DNA of 63,901 nucleotides, the filler included, from Octopus bimaculoides (taxonomy: Eukaryota): the NCBI RefSeq assembly GCF_001194135.2. It is 6 parts of 6 records of this genome, joined end to end, with 100 filler letters (N's around TTAATTAATTAA, not from the genome) between each part and the next. Parts side by side here need not be neighbours in the genome. Positions count along the whole stretch, not along the records: positions 58,289 to 62,623 come from NC_069006.1; positions 62,724 to 63,901 come from NW_026323826.1; 4 more parts are not named here. One strand, given 5' to 3'. The first letter of the stretch is position 1; the number at the start of each line of letters is the position of its first letter. The translations under genes were made by a program, and so were the position numbers. The notes beneath the pieces were generated by a model. The model made no database searches. It had not been told where the DNA came from and saw only the letters and a program-made list of their open reading frames with translations. Shown piece by piece: positions 61,707 to 63,901 of the stretch.

Positions 61707-62534
61707 TACGCGATCAATAAATATAGGAACTGTTACTATAGTAACGATGCTAAAGCACACAGAGTAAGGCCGCTTGGCATAGATTCATCTCGAACTCTGC
61801 TGTGCATGCGCACAAAGTTTTAACGTTATAGCTCACTTCCGCTGTTTACAGCAGTGCTTGGAAGGAATGTGTGTAGCATGTGATCGTTGCCTTGACCACG
61901 ACGGAGAAAGTTGAGCAGGGAATTTACATCAAATTTTGCCAAAAGCTTGGCGATACCTGCTTAGAAGCCAACGTAAAGTTTTCAAAAAGTTTTCATCGTT
62001 CTCGACACATTCAAAGAGATCTTTTCGGTCAGCTGAAAGCAGTTCTGGCACAAACTTGGCAGACACGCGTCTCATACCCAAATCTTCAGTGATAATGGAC
62101 TGAACTGAACCGAAACTAATCTGCACATCCTCTGAAAACTCACGGATGGTGATCGCTTTCCCCTCACAGCCTGACGCACATCTGCCATGTCTTTCTCAGT
62201 TCTGATAGTTGCGGGTCTCCAAGAACGTTCGTCAATATCGACATTTTTTCGGCCATCTTGGAAACGTCGGAACCACTCGTACACTTTTGTGCGGCTCATA
62301 CACTCCTCTCCATACACTTTCTGCAACTTTGCGTAGGCCTCTGACCAAGTATCGCCATGACAACTTTCTCTGTCATGGTCAATGCGACGGTCACACGCTA
62401 CACACCTTCCTTCGAAACAGCGGAAGTGAGCTAGAATGTTAAAACTTAGTGGGCATGTCGAGCAGAGTTCAAAGTCTATGTGCTTTAGCTTCATTACTAT
62501 GGCAACAATGCGGATACCTATTGATCAGATCTCA
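61707..62534. mobile_element. mariner derivative made of two 5' ends facing each other
   Basis: 61707-61990 (+) is a 5' end with TTEKVEQGIYIKFCQKLG. 61990-62534 (-) is a 5' end with VYGEECMSRTKVYEWFRRFQDGR and a GATCAATAGGTATCCG TIR. Confidence 0.85.
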
Positions 62535-63300
62535 TATATGCTTGAAAATAAAGGTAATAAATATTGGGTCGATTCATGCCCCAGCATGACCGCAGTCTAA
62601 TGACGGAAACAAATAGACGATAANNNNNNNNNNNNNNNNNNNNNNNNNNNNNNNNNNNNNNNNNNNNTTAATTAATTAANNNNNNNNNNNNNNNNNNNNN
62701 NNNNNNNNNNNNNNNNNNNNNNNATGCTTGGAGGGATCGATGCATATATGTATTTTCTTATGTTAGTGAACGAAACGTGCCTGTTCTGCATATATTAGCA
62801 TATATTAATCTGTAGCTGAAAGGCAGAGAACGCGAGTGAGGTGTCGTTTGTCATGTTGTCGTTCATTCTACTGATCATGTCAAAGATGTGTCTCCCAGCC
62901 ATTGTTCTACTAATATTTAGGAAGGCTCTTGTTGCACCGAGAAGCTACAATATAGACGGGCAGTGTCTTGGTGGGTAGGAATCCTAATATTCGTCGGAGA
63001 GGCCGGAAGTTCGATTTCACCCTCTGTCACGTCAAAACTGAGTTTTGTGAGGGGTTACCTACCATATTTAGCAATATTGTCGTTGTTGTTGATGATGTTT
63101 AAGTTTACCCCCAATAAAGGACAGTTAAGATCAAAATAGCCAGTAAATACCCCTCGAATCATCCAGTCGTACTCTGCTGTCTTATATAATGAAAGCTAAC
63201 ACTAACCACAAGATAATGTAGACGGAGGTGCTCTTAAAATAGGCAGGATGGTCATGAATGGAATGCATTTGATCATTACTCATTATCAACAGCAGCAAAA

Positions 63301-63700
63301 GACGCAGGCGTAGCTGTGGACTAAGAAGCTGGCTTCCCACCACATGGTTCTGGGTTCATTCCCACTGCGCGGCACCTTGGGTAAGTGTCTTCTATTATAG
63401 CTTCCAGCCAACCAAACATTTGTTAATGGATTTGGTAGACGGAAACTAAAAGAAGCCCGTTCGCATTTATTTATGTATATCTATGTGAGTGCGTCTGTGT
63501 TTGTCGTCGACCACCGCTTGACAAAAGGTATTGGCTTCTTTACGTCACTGTAACCTTAGCAGTTCGACAAAAGTAAGCGATAGAATAAATGAAAAGCTTG
63601 TAAAAAAAATATTAATAAAAATTCATTCGACTAAAGATTCTTCAAGGCGGTGCACCAGCATGGCCGCAGTTTAATGAAGGAAACAAGTAAAAAGTAAAAG
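63301..63700 (+). mobile_element. SINE family B copy between the inverted arms
   Basis: GACGCAGGCGTAGCTG...CACCTTGGGTAAGTGTC...CAGCATGGCCGCAGT. Confidence 0.87.
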
Positions 63701-63759
63701 AGAAAATCAAAGACAATACTGCTAAATCTGTTAACTTCTCACAAAACTCAGTTTGACGC

Positions 63760-63830
63760 GACAGAAGGTGGGATCGAACCTCTGGCCTCTCCGACGAATT
63801 TCGGGATTCCTACCCACCAAGACACTGCCC
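63760..63830 (-). pseudogene. tRNA-like module (degenerate cloverleaf, possibly Arg-TCG derived); more decayed twin at about 62958-63028 (+)
   Basis: 71 nt: partial acceptor GGCAG/CTGTC, D stem TCTT/AGGA, CCGA-AATTCG-TCGG hairpin, B box GGTTCGATCCC; T stem mismatched. Confidence 0.5.
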
Positions 63831-63901
63831 GTCTTCATTGTAGCTTCTCGTTGCAACAAGAGCCTTCCTAAATATTAGTAGAACAATGGCTGGGAGACAC
63901 A

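Larger units (their letters stand above)
62887..63901. repeat. Inverted repeat pair, at least 164 bp (62887-63051 and 63738-63901, cut by the window edge)
   Basis: TGTGTCTCCCAGCCATTGTTC...GAGTTTTGTGAG and its reverse complement, mostly identical. Confidence 0.92.

Overview
Repeat-dense eukaryotic genomic DNA with many N gaps. The SINE families and microsatellite load point to a coleoid cephalopod, probably Octopus; this is inferred, not shown. Only two host genes can be supported. (1) The first coding exon of Arp2/ACTR2 (minus, 9947-9994, MDNKGRSVIVCDNGTG then GTAAGT); no later exon is recognisable, so the TE-filled 1-9946 is probably its intron 1. (2) Two spliced exons of an unnamed ankyrin-repeat gene (plus, 19827-19910 and 20523-20677), divergent from Arp2. 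The rest is transposon debris: Tigger/pogo, RTE LINE, a Penelope-like element, two Gypsy integrases, several Tc1/mariner lineages, a Helitron, hAT/piggyBac-like MITEs and three tRNA-derived SINE families. The most interesting signal is a set of type I hammerhead ribozyme motifs folded by eye. One has a canonical core, lies in the Penelope 3' pseudo-LTR and is in the sense orientation of the presumed Arp2 intron (2195-2291, minus). One near-canonical motif stands alone (43218-43305, plus). Decayed copies are built into the arms of a TTAA-flanked foldback element (13090-13508). Also notable are a mariner with two facing 5' ends and an inverted pair of convergent tRNA-like modules at the right edge. 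No database searches or folding programs were run, and repeat boundaries are approximate.
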